From an uncultured Chitinophagaceae bacterium (GTDB taxonomy: Bacteria; Bacteroidota; Ignavibacteria; UBA10030; UBA8401), in NCBI GenBank assembly GCA_964384415.1, contig CAYLMV010000004.1:6103-70102 (forward strand): 64,000 nucleotides of DNA, in the 5' to 3' direction. The translations under genes and the position numbers were made by a program. The first letter of the stretch is position 1, and every line of letters starts with the position of its first letter. The notes beneath the pieces are model-generated. The model had not been told where the DNA came from. It was given only the letters and a program-made list of their open reading frames with translations, and did not search any database. Positions 52,800-62,758 of the stretch are shown piece by piece.

Positions 52800-55049
52800 A
52801 TGGACTTGACGAACGAACTAAACTCCGTACAAAAGCAAGCCGTCTCCGCTATGGAGGGTCCGGTCATGATTGTCGCCGGCGCCGGAAGCGGCAAGACCCG
52901 AGTCCTTACCTACCGAGTCGCCCATCTTATCGACCAGGGAGTGAAGCCGTACCAAATCCTCGCGCTCACCTTCACGAACAAGGCTGCGAAAGAGATGAAG
53001 CACCGGATCGAACATCTCGTCGGCGACCATGCGCGAGACGTTTGGGCGGGCACGTTTCATTCTATCTTTGCGCGTATTCTTCGTCACGAATGCGAAGCGA
53101 TCGGGTTCCAGAGAAATTTTACGATCTACGACAGCGACGACAGCCTGGGTCTTGTGAAGTCGATCATGTCCTCGCTGAATATCTCCGCCCAGCAGTTCAA
53201 CCCGAGAGGGGTTCAATCCAGGATCAGCGGAGCGAAGAATCATCTTGTCTCGCCCCAGGAATACGACAACGTGGCCAAGGATCCGTTCGAGCAGTGCGCT
53301 GCGACGGTCTTCAAAGAATACCAGCAGCGCCTGCAAAAGAACAATGCAATGGACTTTGACGATCTGCTGTTGAAGCCGATAGAATTGTTCCAGAAACATG
53401 ACGGGATCCTCGAAAAGTATCAATACCGGTTCCGGTATTTGCTCGTGGACGAGTATCAGGATACGAACCGGGCTCAGTATGTCCTTATCAATTTGCTCGC
53501 CAAGCGTTTCAGCAACATTTGCGTCGTCGGCGATGATGCTCAGAGCATTTACGCCTTCCGCGGCGCGGACATCAAGAATATCCTTGATTTTGAACGGGAT
53601 TATCCACATTGCCGGGTTTTCAGGCTCGAACAAAACTACCGGTCAACGAAGACAATCCTCGCCGCGGCAGACTCCGTTATCAAGAACAACAAGAACCAGA
53701 TCCACAAGACTCTATGGACCTCCAACCCTCAGGGCGAGTTGATCACTATTATTGAGGCGGAGGATGACAAAGACGAAGGCCTGAAAATCGTCTCGCATAT
53801 CCAGGATCAATGCGCGAAGATGAAACTGGACCTTAAGGATTTTGCCGTTTTGTATCGCACCAACGCGCAGTCACGCTCGCTGGAGGATGGACTGAGAAGG
53901 AACGGCATACCGTACGTCATCATCGGAGGAGTCGAATTCTACAAGCGAAAAGAAATCAAGGACGTGCTGGCGTACCTCCGGGTGATCGTCAATCCGAAGG
54001 ACGAAGAGGGTCTCTTGAGGATCATCAATTATCCTGTCCGCGGAATAGGCGATACGACGATCGAAAAGCTGCTTCTCCTTTCCCGTGCCCCGGGGGCGAA
54101 GGATATTTTTGACGTGCTGAAGAATGCCGGCTCGGTCACAACGATCGGCGAGAAGACGAGAAATGGGATTCTTCAATTTGCTGCGTTCATTCAGAAATAC
54201 ATTGATTTGAAGACCCAGATGTCGGCCAGCGAATTGGCGCGGTCGATGGTGGATGAACTCGGAATTCTGCGGAGCCTGAAAGACGAAGCAACTCCCGAAG
54301 CGCTGGGACGGTGGGAGAATATCCAGGAACTCCTTTCGGCGATCACGGAGTTCACTTCCGAAAAACCGGACGCCAGGCTGGAGGACTTTCTGGAAGAGGT
54401 CTCGCTCGTGTCGCCCGTGGATGAAGCGGTGGATCAGCGGAATGCCGTGACGCTCATGACCCTCCATGCGGCCAAAGGACTCGAGTTTCCCGTCGTCTTC
54501 ATCGGCGGGTTGGAGGAGGGGCTGTTTCCGTTGTATCAGGTAGCTCCGGAGCCGGACGAGCTGGAAGAGGAACGGCGGTTGTTCTATGTTGGAATTACCC
54601 GGGCGATGAAGAAATTGTACATGACGCACACCCGGCTTCGCTATCGATTCGGAGATGTCACATATCCCGTGATCTCAAGATTTGCCGAAGAGATCGACTC
54701 GTCCCTCGTTCAGCACGAATCTCCCCGTCATTTTTCACTCTCCGGCTCGCGCCCGGACCTGCGTCCTCGCCGCACTGACGACGAGATGGCGGTGAAGTCG
54801 AGCTACACGACCGAACGGGCCCACGCGCCGAAGTACGGAGCCGAAAACGATCAAACGCCAGACTATGAAAATGAATCGCAAGAGGTTGTTGTGTTGAGGG
54901 TCGGTGCGAAGGTCGAACACGAGGCGTTTGGAAGAGGAAAAATTCTTCAGCTTGCCGGAAAAGGAGACTCTTCGAAGGCGGTAGTGTTGTTTGAAAGCGT
55001 TGGTGCGAAAAACCTCATGCTCAAGTACGCGAAGCTTCGTCTTCTCTGA
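52800..55049 (+). CDS. UvrD/PcrA/Rep-family ATP-dependent DNA helicase
   Basis: I re-picked the start to the ATG at 52800 (MDLTNELNSVQKQAV). It has Walker A AGAGSGKT, plus DEYQDTN, FRLEQNYRS and TLHAAKGLEF. Confidence 0.9.
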   Translation: MDLTNELNSVQKQAVSAMEGPVMIVAGAGSGKTRVLTYRVAHLIDQGVKPYQILALTFTNKAAKEMKHRIEHLVGDHARDVWAGTFHSIFARILRHECEAIGFQRNFTIYDSDDSLGLVKSIMSSLNISAQQFNPRGVQSRISGAKNHLVSPQEYDNVAKDPFEQCAATVFKEYQQRLQKNNAMDFDDLLLKPIELFQKHDGILEKYQYRFRYLLVDEYQDTNRAQYVLINLLAKRFSNICVVGDDAQSIYAFRGADIKNILDFERDYPHCRVFRLEQNYRSTKTILAAADSVIKNNKNQIHKTLWTSNPQGELITIIEAEDDKDEGLKIVSHIQDQCAKMKLDLKDFAVLYRTNAQSRSLEDGLRRNGIPYVIIGGVEFYKRKEIKDVLAYLRVIVNPKDEEGLLRIINYPVRGIGDTTIEKLLLLSRAPGAKDIFDVLKNAGSVTTIGEKTRNGILQFAAFIQKYIDLKTQMSASELARSMVDELGILRSLKDEATPEALGRWENIQELLSAITEFTSEKPDARLEDFLEEVSLVSPVDEAVDQRNAVTLMTLHAAKGLEFPVVFIGGLEEGLFPLYQVAPEPDELEEERRLFYVGITRAMKKLYMTHTRLRYRFGDVTYPVISRFAEEIDSSLVQHESPRHFSLSGSRPDLRPRRTDDEMAVKSSYTTERAHAPKYGAENDQTPDYENESQEVVVLRVGAKVEHEAFGRGKILQLAGKGDSSKAVVLFESVGAKNLMLKYAKLRLL

Positions 55050-55054
55050 TGATC

Positions 55055-55480
55055 TCAGGTGTCAATCCCGAAGTTGCGCGAACGCAGCAACGTCATATTC
55101 CCCCAATAGTCGCGGTGGATGTAGTGAGTGATGATCGCAGTGAATTGGGGAATCAAGGCCGGAGGGAGGAGGAAGCAGATGCGCGACGCTTTCCCGTTCT
55201 CCGGATTTTTGTGGTCGAAGAATACGTCGTATTGGGTCAACGAGTGCAGCGACTCCAGGTCTTCGTCCTCCGTTTTGATGACGCCGATGACGAACCGCTG
55301 TTGTGCTTCGTCAAAGGCGAAGACGTCCGGCTGCTTCTTCATTTGGTCGCCGTAGCCGTCGTTCGGCAGGGCCGCCGGCGGACGCAGTCCCGGAACATTT
55401 TTCGCGCCGACAATCGTTAACTGTTCGGATCGAAAATACTCCAGCAGTTCTTCAGCGAGGCGTGTAAGGATCTCTTCCAT
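55055..55480 (-). CDS. Hypothetical cytoplasmic protein (141 aa)
   Basis: It has an ATG start and ordinary composition, and I recognised no family motif. It converges on the helicase gene with a 5-nt gap. Confidence 0.4.
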   Translation of the reverse strand: MEEILTRLAEELLEYFRSEQLTIVGAKNVPGLRPPAALPNDGYGDQMKKQPDVFAFDEAQQRFVIGVIKTEDEDLESLHSLTQYDVFFDHKNPENGKASRICFLLPPALIPQFTAIITHYIHRDYWGNMTLLRSRNFGIDT

Positions 55481-55525
55481 TGCACAGTAAAATTAATTTT
55501 TTCGGTCACGAAATGCAACGGACTC

Positions 55526-56281
55526 ATGTCAATTTCTGATACCAGAGCGGCGAATCCCTCTTCTCTCCTCCAGAAAACTTGGTCCGTGCTGGCAGTCATC
55601 GGTTGTTTCGCGCTCGTCGAGTGGATCTCTTCGTTTCATTTCTTAGTCAGAATTTTCCCGCTCCCGTCATCCCTCTCCACCGGACTCGCCTGGCATTTTG
55701 AACATCAGGTGTGGCAATTCGGCATCGGCATGCTGGCGATCACGATCCTCTCGCGGGGCCATCTCTGGAGCTACGGGATTAACTCCTCTGAAATCCGGCT
55801 CTCGATGTCGATCCTGCTGAACTTTTATGCTGCGGGGCTGGTCCTCATTGTCGGTCTGATCGTCCTTCCCCTTCTTCTCTCTAGAACCTTGCCCCCTTAT
55901 TTTACGGATATGAGCCGCACAGATATGGTCGTTTGGATTCTATTTCAATGGATGGCTGCGGCAGTGGGCGACGAGATATTCTTTCACGGGCTGTGCCAGA
56001 CGCTGCTCTTGAAATACTGGAAGGGGAAGATTGTTGTGAAAACATTTGAATTGCCAGTCGTCGTCATTGTGATGGGAGCAGCGTTTGCACTCGGCAGGTC
56101 AAATGTTCTGGTCTACGGTAATCACTGGCTGGAATATCTTTTGGCCCTGCTGATCGGCCTTTATGGAGGGATTGTATACTACCGCACGAGGAGTCTGCTT
56201 ACTCCAATGCTCTCACAGGCCTTTTTCTACGGCTTTCCGTTCGTCGTTCGCTTCATCTATCTTGCCGTAGCATCGCGGTAA
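55526..56281 (+). CDS. CPBP-family (CAAX/Abi) intramembrane metalloprotease
   Basis: It is polytopic and has AAVGDEIFFHGL (an EExxxR-type motif variant) and a later FALGRSNV...H region. Confidence 0.6.
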   Translation: MSISDTRAANPSSLLQKTWSVLAVIGCFALVEWISSFHFLVRIFPLPSSLSTGLAWHFEHQVWQFGIGMLAITILSRGHLWSYGINSSEIRLSMSILLNFYAAGLVLIVGLIVLPLLLSRTLPPYFTDMSRTDMVVWILFQWMAAAVGDEIFFHGLCQTLLLKYWKGKIVVKTFELPVVVIVMGAAFALGRSNVLVYGNHWLEYLLALLIGLYGGIVYYRTRSLLTPMLSQAFFYGFPFVVRFIYLAVASR

Positions 56282-56304
56282 CCCGCCTCAGTTCTCCCCG
56301 AACG

Positions 56305-57444
56305 TCATGCACCCTGAGCTGCCTTTGTATTCAAGATGCGTTCGTAGTGGCGCTCGTACTGCGCAACGATCTGCTCGATATCAAAATTTTCCACCGCACG
56401 TCTTCGTCCTGCCTTCGCGAACATTTCCCGGCGGGTGTCGTTTGTCAGGAGTTCAATCGCATATTTCGCCATCCGTTCCACATCGCCGATTTCGGCGATA
56501 TACCCCGTCTCGCCGTGAACATTAAGTTCTGGCAGGCCGCCGACGCTCGATGAGACCACCGGAACTCCGCACGACATCGCCTCGAGAGCCGAAAGTCCGA
56601 AACTTTCAGACTGGCTCGGCATTAGGAACAGGTCGGACGCCGATAACAGCTCTACCAATTCTGCCTGCTTTCCCAGGAACATGACACGGTCCTCCAGCTT
56701 GAGCTCGCGGCTCAGATTCTCGCAGCTGGACCTGTCCGGGCCGTCTCCGACGAGGAGGAGTTTCGAAGGGATTTTTTTCTGAACCAGGTCGAAGATGCGA
56801 ATGACGTCGGTGACGCGCTTCACCAGCCGGAAGTTGGAAATATGGATCAGCACTTTCTCTCCCTTCGGCGCAATGGCGTTCCGGGCATCCGGCTTTTCCA
56901 TCCGCGTGAAGAGCTGCGTATCGACAAAGTTCGGTATGACCTCGATATCTTTCTGCACGTTGTAATTCGTCAACGTCTTTTCTTTCAGGAAACGAGATAC
57001 TGCTGTCACTCCATCGCTCTTTTCTATGCTGAACTTCATCACGGGGAGAAAGCTTGGTTCCAGGCCTACGAGAGTGATGTCGGTTCCGTGGAGAGTCGTG
57101 ACGATTCGCAGATTGTCGTCGGCGAGAATTTGCTTTGCAAGGTAAGCGCTCGTCGCATGGGGAACTGCATAATGAGCGTGGATCAGGTCGAGCTTTTCAA
57201 ATTTCGTCACCTCGACCATCTTGCTCGCCAGCGCCGGAGTATAGAGAGGGAATTCGAACAAGGGATACGTGGACATCTCGACTTCATGGTAGAAGATATT
57301 GTTCATGAATCCGTTCAGTCTCATCGGAATAGCGTAACTGATGAAATGAATCTGATGGCCCCGTTTCGCCAGCGCTTTGCCAAGTTCCGTCGCGACGACG
57401 CCGCTGCCGCCATATGTCGGGTAACAGGTGATGCCAATTTTCAT
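56305..57444 (-). CDS. bshA: N-acetyl-alpha-D-glucosaminyl L-malate synthase (bacillithiol biosynthesis GT4)
   Basis: MKIGITCYPTYGGSGVVATELGKALAKRGHQIHFISYAIPMRL closely matches the BshA N-terminus as I remember it. The GT4 C-terminal motif is PSQSESFGLSALEAMSCGVPVV. Confidence 0.8.
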   Translation of the reverse strand: MKIGITCYPTYGGSGVVATELGKALAKRGHQIHFISYAIPMRLNGFMNNIFYHEVEMSTYPLFEFPLYTPALASKMVEVTKFEKLDLIHAHYAVPHATSAYLAKQILADDNLRIVTTLHGTDITLVGLEPSFLPVMKFSIEKSDGVTAVSRFLKEKTLTNYNVQKDIEVIPNFVDTQLFTRMEKPDARNAIAPKGEKVLIHISNFRLVKRVTDVIRIFDLVQKKIPSKLLLVGDGPDRSSCENLSRELKLEDRVMFLGKQAELVELLSASDLFLMPSQSESFGLSALEAMSCGVPVVSSSVGGLPELNVHGETGYIAEIGDVERMAKYAIELLTNDTRREMFAKAGRRRAVENFDIEQIVAQYERHYERILNTKAAQGA

Positions 57445-57740
57445 TTTTTGAATCCTTTCAGAGTGAAAGGTAATACCTAATCCGTAGAATTACAAGGAGC
57501 GATGCATTACGCTAGTGTTACGGTTTGGAAGGTCGCTCGACGCATGCGGGCATGATACTCCTCGAGGTGCGTCATTCCGTAGCGGTTAAGTCGGGGATCT
57601 TTGCCTCAACTGTTCAATGTACTAAGATTGCAACACCACAGGCATGGCGTGCTTCGTCAATGCGGCTTGATGGACCTCATTGCACCCGAGCCGCCATTTT
57701 GCTACTTTGTCGCATTCGTTACTTACCCACAGGAGGAACA

Positions 57741-58823
57741 ATGAAAGCTCTCACCATGATAATGTCAATCCTGCTTATGCTGACGATGGCCCAATCCCAA
57801 ACGAAAAGAGAGGTGAAAAAGCTTCCCCCCGATGTCGTGCCCGCCCCGAAGACGTACGATGGAAAAATCTGGGGCATGACGTTCAGCGATTTCTCTTACG
57901 TCGCTCAGTCGGAAGACGCGGTTCAAAAAGGGACGAATTCGTTTGCATTCCGGCGCATATACCTCGGCTACGACCAGAGCATTTCCGATCAATTTTCGGC
58001 ACAAATACTTCTTGAGGCCAGCAATGCAGACACCTCGTTTACGGGGACGATGGACTTTCATGTGAAGCACGCTTATCTCGAATGGAAGGAACTTGTTCCA
58101 TCCTCGAGCATTTTCTTCGGCCTTTCCCAGACTCCTTCGATGGCGCTCTCCGAAAAAATGTGGGGCTACCGATCGCTCGAGAAGGTAATTCTGGATCGGA
58201 ACGGTTTAGTCCAGACAAGCGACATGGGTGTGGGATTGAAGGGTCAGTTTGCGTCGGATGGGAGTGTAGGGTATGCCCTAATGGCCGGTAACGGACAGGG
58301 AATCAGGTTGGAGAACGACAAGCTAAAACGTTTTTACGGTGAATTCTATTTTCAACCGATAAAGGGGGGAGTGGTAGAATTGTATACCGACTACGAAAAC
58401 GGAGCGAACGCCGAATCCAAGCTGACGGGCAAGGGACTTCTCGGATACCAATCGCCGGGTGCATCAATCGGGGCGGAGGGGTTTTACCGAACCGTGAAGA
58501 ACGGCGCGGCAGGAACGGCGGGAGCCGATTCGAATATTGTCGGAGCTTCTGCATACACATCATTTCATATTGCAGAGTCGTTCCGCGGCGTTCTTCGCGC
58601 CGACTTTTACGACGCCAATTACGCTGTAACAACCTCCGGTCTTCGCGAAATATTCGGCTTGGCAGGACTCGACTACGAACCTGCAAAGGATATCGATGTT
58701 ATCCCAAACGTACTTTACACGCACCGGCTGTATAAGAACAAACAGGGCGGGGATCCCTCGTTGACCGACGATATCACTGTACGGCTGACCGTTGCCTACG
58801 CATTTTCCGCTCGCGTTCCATGA
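57741..58823 (+). CDS. Outer-membrane porin (OprO/P-like beta-barrel)
   Basis: I re-picked the start to the ATG at 57741, which is preceded by AGGAGG at 57731-57736. It has the signal peptide MKALTMIMSILLMLTMAQSQ and amphipathic strands (FRRIYLGYDQ, HVKHAYLEWK), and ends in VRLTVAYAFSARVP. Confidence 0.55.
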   Translation: MKALTMIMSILLMLTMAQSQTKREVKKLPPDVVPAPKTYDGKIWGMTFSDFSYVAQSEDAVQKGTNSFAFRRIYLGYDQSISDQFSAQILLEASNADTSFTGTMDFHVKHAYLEWKELVPSSSIFFGLSQTPSMALSEKMWGYRSLEKVILDRNGLVQTSDMGVGLKGQFASDGSVGYALMAGNGQGIRLENDKLKRFYGEFYFQPIKGGVVELYTDYENGANAESKLTGKGLLGYQSPGASIGAEGFYRTVKNGAAGTAGADSNIVGASAYTSFHIAESFRGVLRADFYDANYAVTTSGLREIFGLAGLDYEPAKDIDVIPNVLYTHRLYKNKQGGDPSLTDDITVRLTVAYAFSARVP

Positions 58824-59446
58824 GAGACGAGTATCAATCTGTGAAGTCTCCGCATTCGAAGACCCTGAAAGTTGAGGGCTCGAAATTTATTGCTGATGCG
58901 TTCCCGGTCGAAAGCCGCACAGAAGCCGACGCGTGGCTGGCAAAGGTCCGAAAAAAGTATCACGATGCTACTCACCATTGCTTTGCGTACGCGATCGGGA
59001 GCGAACGGGACGAATTCCGCTACTCCGATGCCGGCGAGCCCTCTGGAACGGCCGGGATCAAAATATTCTCAGCGATTCAGTCAAAAGATCTCTCGGACAT
59101 TTCTCTTGTCGTGACAAGATATTTTGGTGGGACAAAACTTGGAGTGGGGGGACTTGGACGGGCGTACTTTGATGCCGCGAGTTTGGTGCTCTCAGAATCC
59201 GAAGTCGTAAAGAAAATAATCGCCGAGGAAATTCAGATCACATTTCCGTATGAGGACACGAACGGAGTGATGACGCTTATTACCCGCAGCCGCGTGAAGA
59301 TTGCCGATACTGTTTACGATGATGACGTTACGCTTCGCATCCTGGTACGCGAAGGAATGGCAGCGGGCCTGCTCGGAGAACTGAAAAACGTCACAAGGGG
59401 AAATCTGGCATCGAAAGTCATGTCGACGGGGCCCCGGTTGGCGTAA
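58820..59446 (+). CDS. YigZ/IMPACT-family protein (UPF0029)
   Basis: It has KFIADAFPVESRTEADAWLAKVRKKYHDATHHCFAYAIG and GEPSGTAG. Its start overlaps the porin stop (ATGA). Confidence 0.75.
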   Translation: MRDEYQSVKSPHSKTLKVEGSKFIADAFPVESRTEADAWLAKVRKKYHDATHHCFAYAIGSERDEFRYSDAGEPSGTAGIKIFSAIQSKDLSDISLVVTRYFGGTKLGVGGLGRAYFDAASLVLSESEVVKKIIAEEIQITFPYEDTNGVMTLITRSRVKIADTVYDDDVTLRILVREGMAAGLLGELKNVTRGNLASKVMSTGPRLA

Positions 59447-59534
59447 GATTGAAGTGCGGCTTTGACGATCCACGAACGCGGGCAAATCTCCAAATCGCGG
59501 AATAATGATCACACCTGGACACTCTTGTCGGACA

Positions 59535-60746
59535 TCAACCTGATTGCTTAGTGAATCCGCAGATCGTAGCCGTGTCGAGCGCTATCATCAATTCTTCGTT
59601 GGTGGGAACAACGAAGACCTTCACACGAGAGTCGGAAGTTTGAATCGCCTTTTCCTTTTCGGATGAGCTGTTCTTCGATTCGTCCAATTCGATCCCGAGA
59701 AATCCCAGGTTCTGACAGCACATCTTTCGGACATCCGGGCTGTTCTCGCCGATCCCGCCGGTGAATACAATCGCATCGGCTCCTCCCATTGCGGCCATAT
59801 ATGCTCCGATGTATTTCTTGATCCTGTAGTTAAAAACATCGAAGGCATACTGGGCTCTCTTGTTTCCCTGTTTCATCTCAGAGATGATTTCGCGCATATC
59901 GCTGCTCACTCCGGAAATCCCCATGAGGCCGCTATGCTTATTCAATAGAGTGTTCGCTTCCGAATAATTCAGGCCTTCCTTCGACATGATATGAAGAATA
60001 ATATACGGATCGATATCGCCGCTGCGTGTTCCCATGAGGAGCCCCTCGAGCGGAGTTAACCCCATGGATGTATCTACGGAGGTTCCTCTGTCGACCGCCG
60101 CCATACTGCAGCCATTGCCGAGGTGGCAGGTGACCAGTTTCAGGTCGGCGTACTCCCGCCTCATTAATTCAGCCGTTCGTTGTGCGACAAACTTATGACT
60201 AGTCCCATGGAATCCATAACGGCGTATTTTGTGTTCGGAGTAAAGGGAATACGGAATTCCATACAAGTACGCGTGCGGGGGCATCTTCTGGTGAAACGCC
60301 GTATCGAAGACTGCGACCTGCGGCACATTCGGGAGGTGAACGTGGCACGCGCTGATGCCGCGCAGGTTGTGCGGGTTATGCAGCGGTGCAATGTCAACAT
60401 TGTCGCGGATCCGTTTGATGACATCATCATCAATAAGAACGGAGGCGCTGAACGCTTCGCCGCCGTGAACCACGCGATGGCCGACGGCATCGATCTGCCC
60501 TTTGTCCGTGAGAACGCCGTGGTTCTTGCTCAGAAGGACGGCAAGGATGTACTCGATCGCCGTCGTGTGGTCGAGAATCTCGCCCGTAATTTTTATTTCA
60601 TCGCCGTCCGACCGAAGATTGGTCAGTACCGCACCGCTCATTCCGATCCGGTCGACGATTCCTTTCGCGCGCGCCTGACGTGTTTCGATTTCGATCAGTT
60701 GGTACTTGACAGAGGAACTGCCGCAGTTGACAACAAGAATATTCAT
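59535..60746 (-). CDS. ackA: Acetate kinase
   Basis: It has MNILVVNCGSSSVKYQLIE, GHRVVHGG, RYGFHGTSH and the C-terminal TNEELMIA. Confidence 0.95.
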   Translation of the reverse strand: MNILVVNCGSSSVKYQLIEIETRQARAKGIVDRIGMSGAVLTNLRSDGDEIKITGEILDHTTAIEYILAVLLSKNHGVLTDKGQIDAVGHRVVHGGEAFSASVLIDDDVIKRIRDNVDIAPLHNPHNLRGISACHVHLPNVPQVAVFDTAFHQKMPPHAYLYGIPYSLYSEHKIRRYGFHGTSHKFVAQRTAELMRREYADLKLVTCHLGNGCSMAAVDRGTSVDTSMGLTPLEGLLMGTRSGDIDPYIILHIMSKEGLNYSEANTLLNKHSGLMGISGVSSDMREIISEMKQGNKRAQYAFDVFNYRIKKYIGAYMAAMGGADAIVFTGGIGENSPDVRKMCCQNLGFLGIELDESKNSSSEKEKAIQTSDSRVKVFVVPTNEELMIALDTATICGFTKQSG

Positions 60747-60781
60747 CGTCTTTTAAGGTTGGGTTCTAAAGTGGGGGAGCG

Positions 60782-61717
60782 TCAGGCGGAGTGTTTCCCC
60801 TGATCATTGTATTTGAAAAAGCCCTCGCCGTTCTTTCGCCCCAATTTTCCTTCGCGCACCATCCGGCGTAGAAGAGGGCAGGGACGATACTTTGCATCGC
60901 CTAGCTCATGGAAGAGAGACTCCATCCAGGCAAGGACTTCATCCAGCCCCATCATATCGGCGAGTTCGAGAGGGCCGTACTGGAAATTGTAGCCAAGCTT
61001 CATTGCCGTGTCTATGCCCTCGGCGGTCGCGACCCCTTCCATGAGCACGTGCATTGCTTCGTTGAGCAGGGGAACGATAACCCGGGTCGTGACGAACCCG
61101 GGATATTCGAAAACCTCCACAGGAGTCTTGCCGAGCCTCTCGGCAAACTTCTTGACGACCAGAAAAGTGGCGTCGGAAGTCTTGAGACCACGCACCAACT
61201 CGACTAACGGAATTTTCGGTACGGGATTCAGAAAATGCATGCCGATCACTTTGTCGGGACGCTTTGTCGCCGCTGCGAGCTTCGAGAGGTTGAGCGTGGA
61301 CGTGTTCGAAATAAAAATCGTTTCCGGCGAACACAACTCATCGAGCTCGGCAAATATCCTTCTTTTCATTTCGAAGTTTTCGTCGACTGCCTCGATGATG
61401 AGGTTGCACTCCGCTGCGTTCTTGAACTCTGTGGAGCCGTGAATGCGTGAGAAAATGGCGTTCTTTTCGCTCTTGGTGATCGTCCATCGCTGAATATCCC
61501 GATCCATTCCCTCCAGCAGCGAATTCGTCATTGCTGTCAATTGCTTGTCTGTTTTTTCAATTGCGACGACTTCGATGCCGTGCGCCGCAATAGTTTGAGC
61601 GATACCCTGGCCCATGACGCCAAGCCCGATAACGGCGACAGCATTAATCCCGTCCTGATCAGTCTTCTCCAGCTTCATATCCCTGAGAATATCTTCTATC
61701 TTGATGTTCGTAGCCAT
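60782..61717 (-). CDS. hbd: 3-hydroxyacyl/3-hydroxybutyryl-CoA dehydrogenase
   Basis: It has the Rossmann motif VAVIGLGVMGQGIAQ, plus GMHFLNPVP, PGFVTTRV and GYNFQYGPLELADMMGLD. Confidence 0.8.
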   Translation of the reverse strand: MATNIKIEDILRDMKLEKTDQDGINAVAVIGLGVMGQGIAQTIAAHGIEVVAIEKTDKQLTAMTNSLLEGMDRDIQRWTITKSEKNAIFSRIHGSTEFKNAAECNLIIEAVDENFEMKRRIFAELDELCSPETIFISNTSTLNLSKLAAATKRPDKVIGMHFLNPVPKIPLVELVRGLKTSDATFLVVKKFAERLGKTPVEVFEYPGFVTTRVIVPLLNEAMHVLMEGVATAEGIDTAMKLGYNFQYGPLELADMMGLDEVLAWMESLFHELGDAKYRPCPLLRRMVREGKLGRKNGEGFFKYNDQGKHSA

Positions 61718-61746
61718 TGTAGTATTGTCAATCGAATAGTTATTAA

Positions 61747-61763
61747 GGTCACACGTAATGTGA
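61747..61763. promoter_or_regulatory. Perfect inverted repeat GTCACA-N5-TGTGAC upstream of hbd (candidate operator)
   Basis: The sequence GTCACACGTAATGTGAC lies 30-46 nt upstream of the hbd start codon on the other strand, in a 636-bp divergent intergenic region. Confidence 0.25.
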
Positions 61764-62288
61764 CAAATGTGATGCCAAGCCCTAAATCGCTTATTCTCTT
61801 CAAATTAGGAACATTGTTCTGCACTATTTGTGATTTCGAGAAAAAATCCACTGAAACTTACCCAAAAATGATACCCAAGTCAACAACAGGAACCGGGAGT
61901 TGTCGAGTCAATTTGAAAAGGCCTGCGGAGGTGGCGTGATTGATTTCGGTAAATGCACTCGACCTATCAATCTGATCAGAAAATCGCTGGATGAATCATA
62001 AAGTGCCGAAGCTCAGACAATGAGCCAGTTTCGGTCCGTCAGTATGACAAGAGTGGTCTATTTTGAGTCATGGGTCATTGCGACGCGTTTTTTGGCGAAG
62101 CAATCCCCGTGATAAATGGTGGATCGCTTCGCCTCCCCACATAGAACGCCGGGGTCCTTGCAATGAATCGTTCTTCCAAAATGCACCGCTACCAAAGCCC
62201 ATTGATTCTTGACTTTTCGCCTCAGGTTGATTATTTTATGTGAGTGTTTGATGTGTGCCGAACGAATTTGGTCGGATTGATGTTATAC

Positions 62289-62315
62289 TGGCAGAGGTTT
62301 TTGCCACTTTTTTTT
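62289..62315 (+). terminator. Terminator-like hairpin plus T8 run upstream of iscR (orphan terminator or leader element)
   Basis: TGGCA (62289-62293) pairs with TGCCA (62302-62306) across an 8-nt loop, followed by C and TTTTTTTT (62308-62315). There is no annotated + strand gene upstream. The iscR ATG is at 62354. Confidence 0.3.
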
Positions 62316-62353
62316 GGATGTAAATAAGACTTTTTAGGTCGGGTATAGAGTAG

Positions 62354-62758
62354 ATGCTCAAGCTGTCGAAAAAAATTGAATACGGACTAATCGCCATCAG
62401 GCATATCGCTGCGGCTGATTCCAGCAGGATCACGACAGCGAAAGAAATCGCTGACCGGTATAAGATCCCGTACGAGCTCCTCGCGAAAGTGATGCAGAAA
62501 CTGGCGAAGAGGGGATTTATCGTATCGCACCAGGGGGTCTATGGAGGTTATACTCTGGCGAAAGGTGCGGGCGAGATGTCAATCTCGTCGATCATCAACG
62601 CGATTGAAGGACAGCTGCCCGCGATTACTCAGTGCATTGCCGAGAGCCCCGATAGTTGTTCTATCTATGATAATTGCACCATAAAGAATCCACTGGGTAA
62701 AATACAGATGAACATCGATTCGGTTTTTAAAACGATGAAGCTTTCTGAGATCGTCTGA
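62354..62758 (+). CDS. iscR: Rrf2-family transcriptional regulator (IscR-like)
   Basis: MLKLSKKIEYGLIAIRHIA is the Rrf2 winged-helix N-terminus. It has a Cys cluster region (QCIAESPDSCSIYDNC). It lies immediately upstream of a cysteine desulfurase gene and overlaps it. Confidence 0.75.
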   Translation: MLKLSKKIEYGLIAIRHIAAADSSRITTAKEIADRYKIPYELLAKVMQKLAKRGFIVSHQGVYGGYTLAKGAGEMSISSIINAIEGQLPAITQCIAESPDSCSIYDNCTIKNPLGKIQMNIDSVFKTMKLSEIV

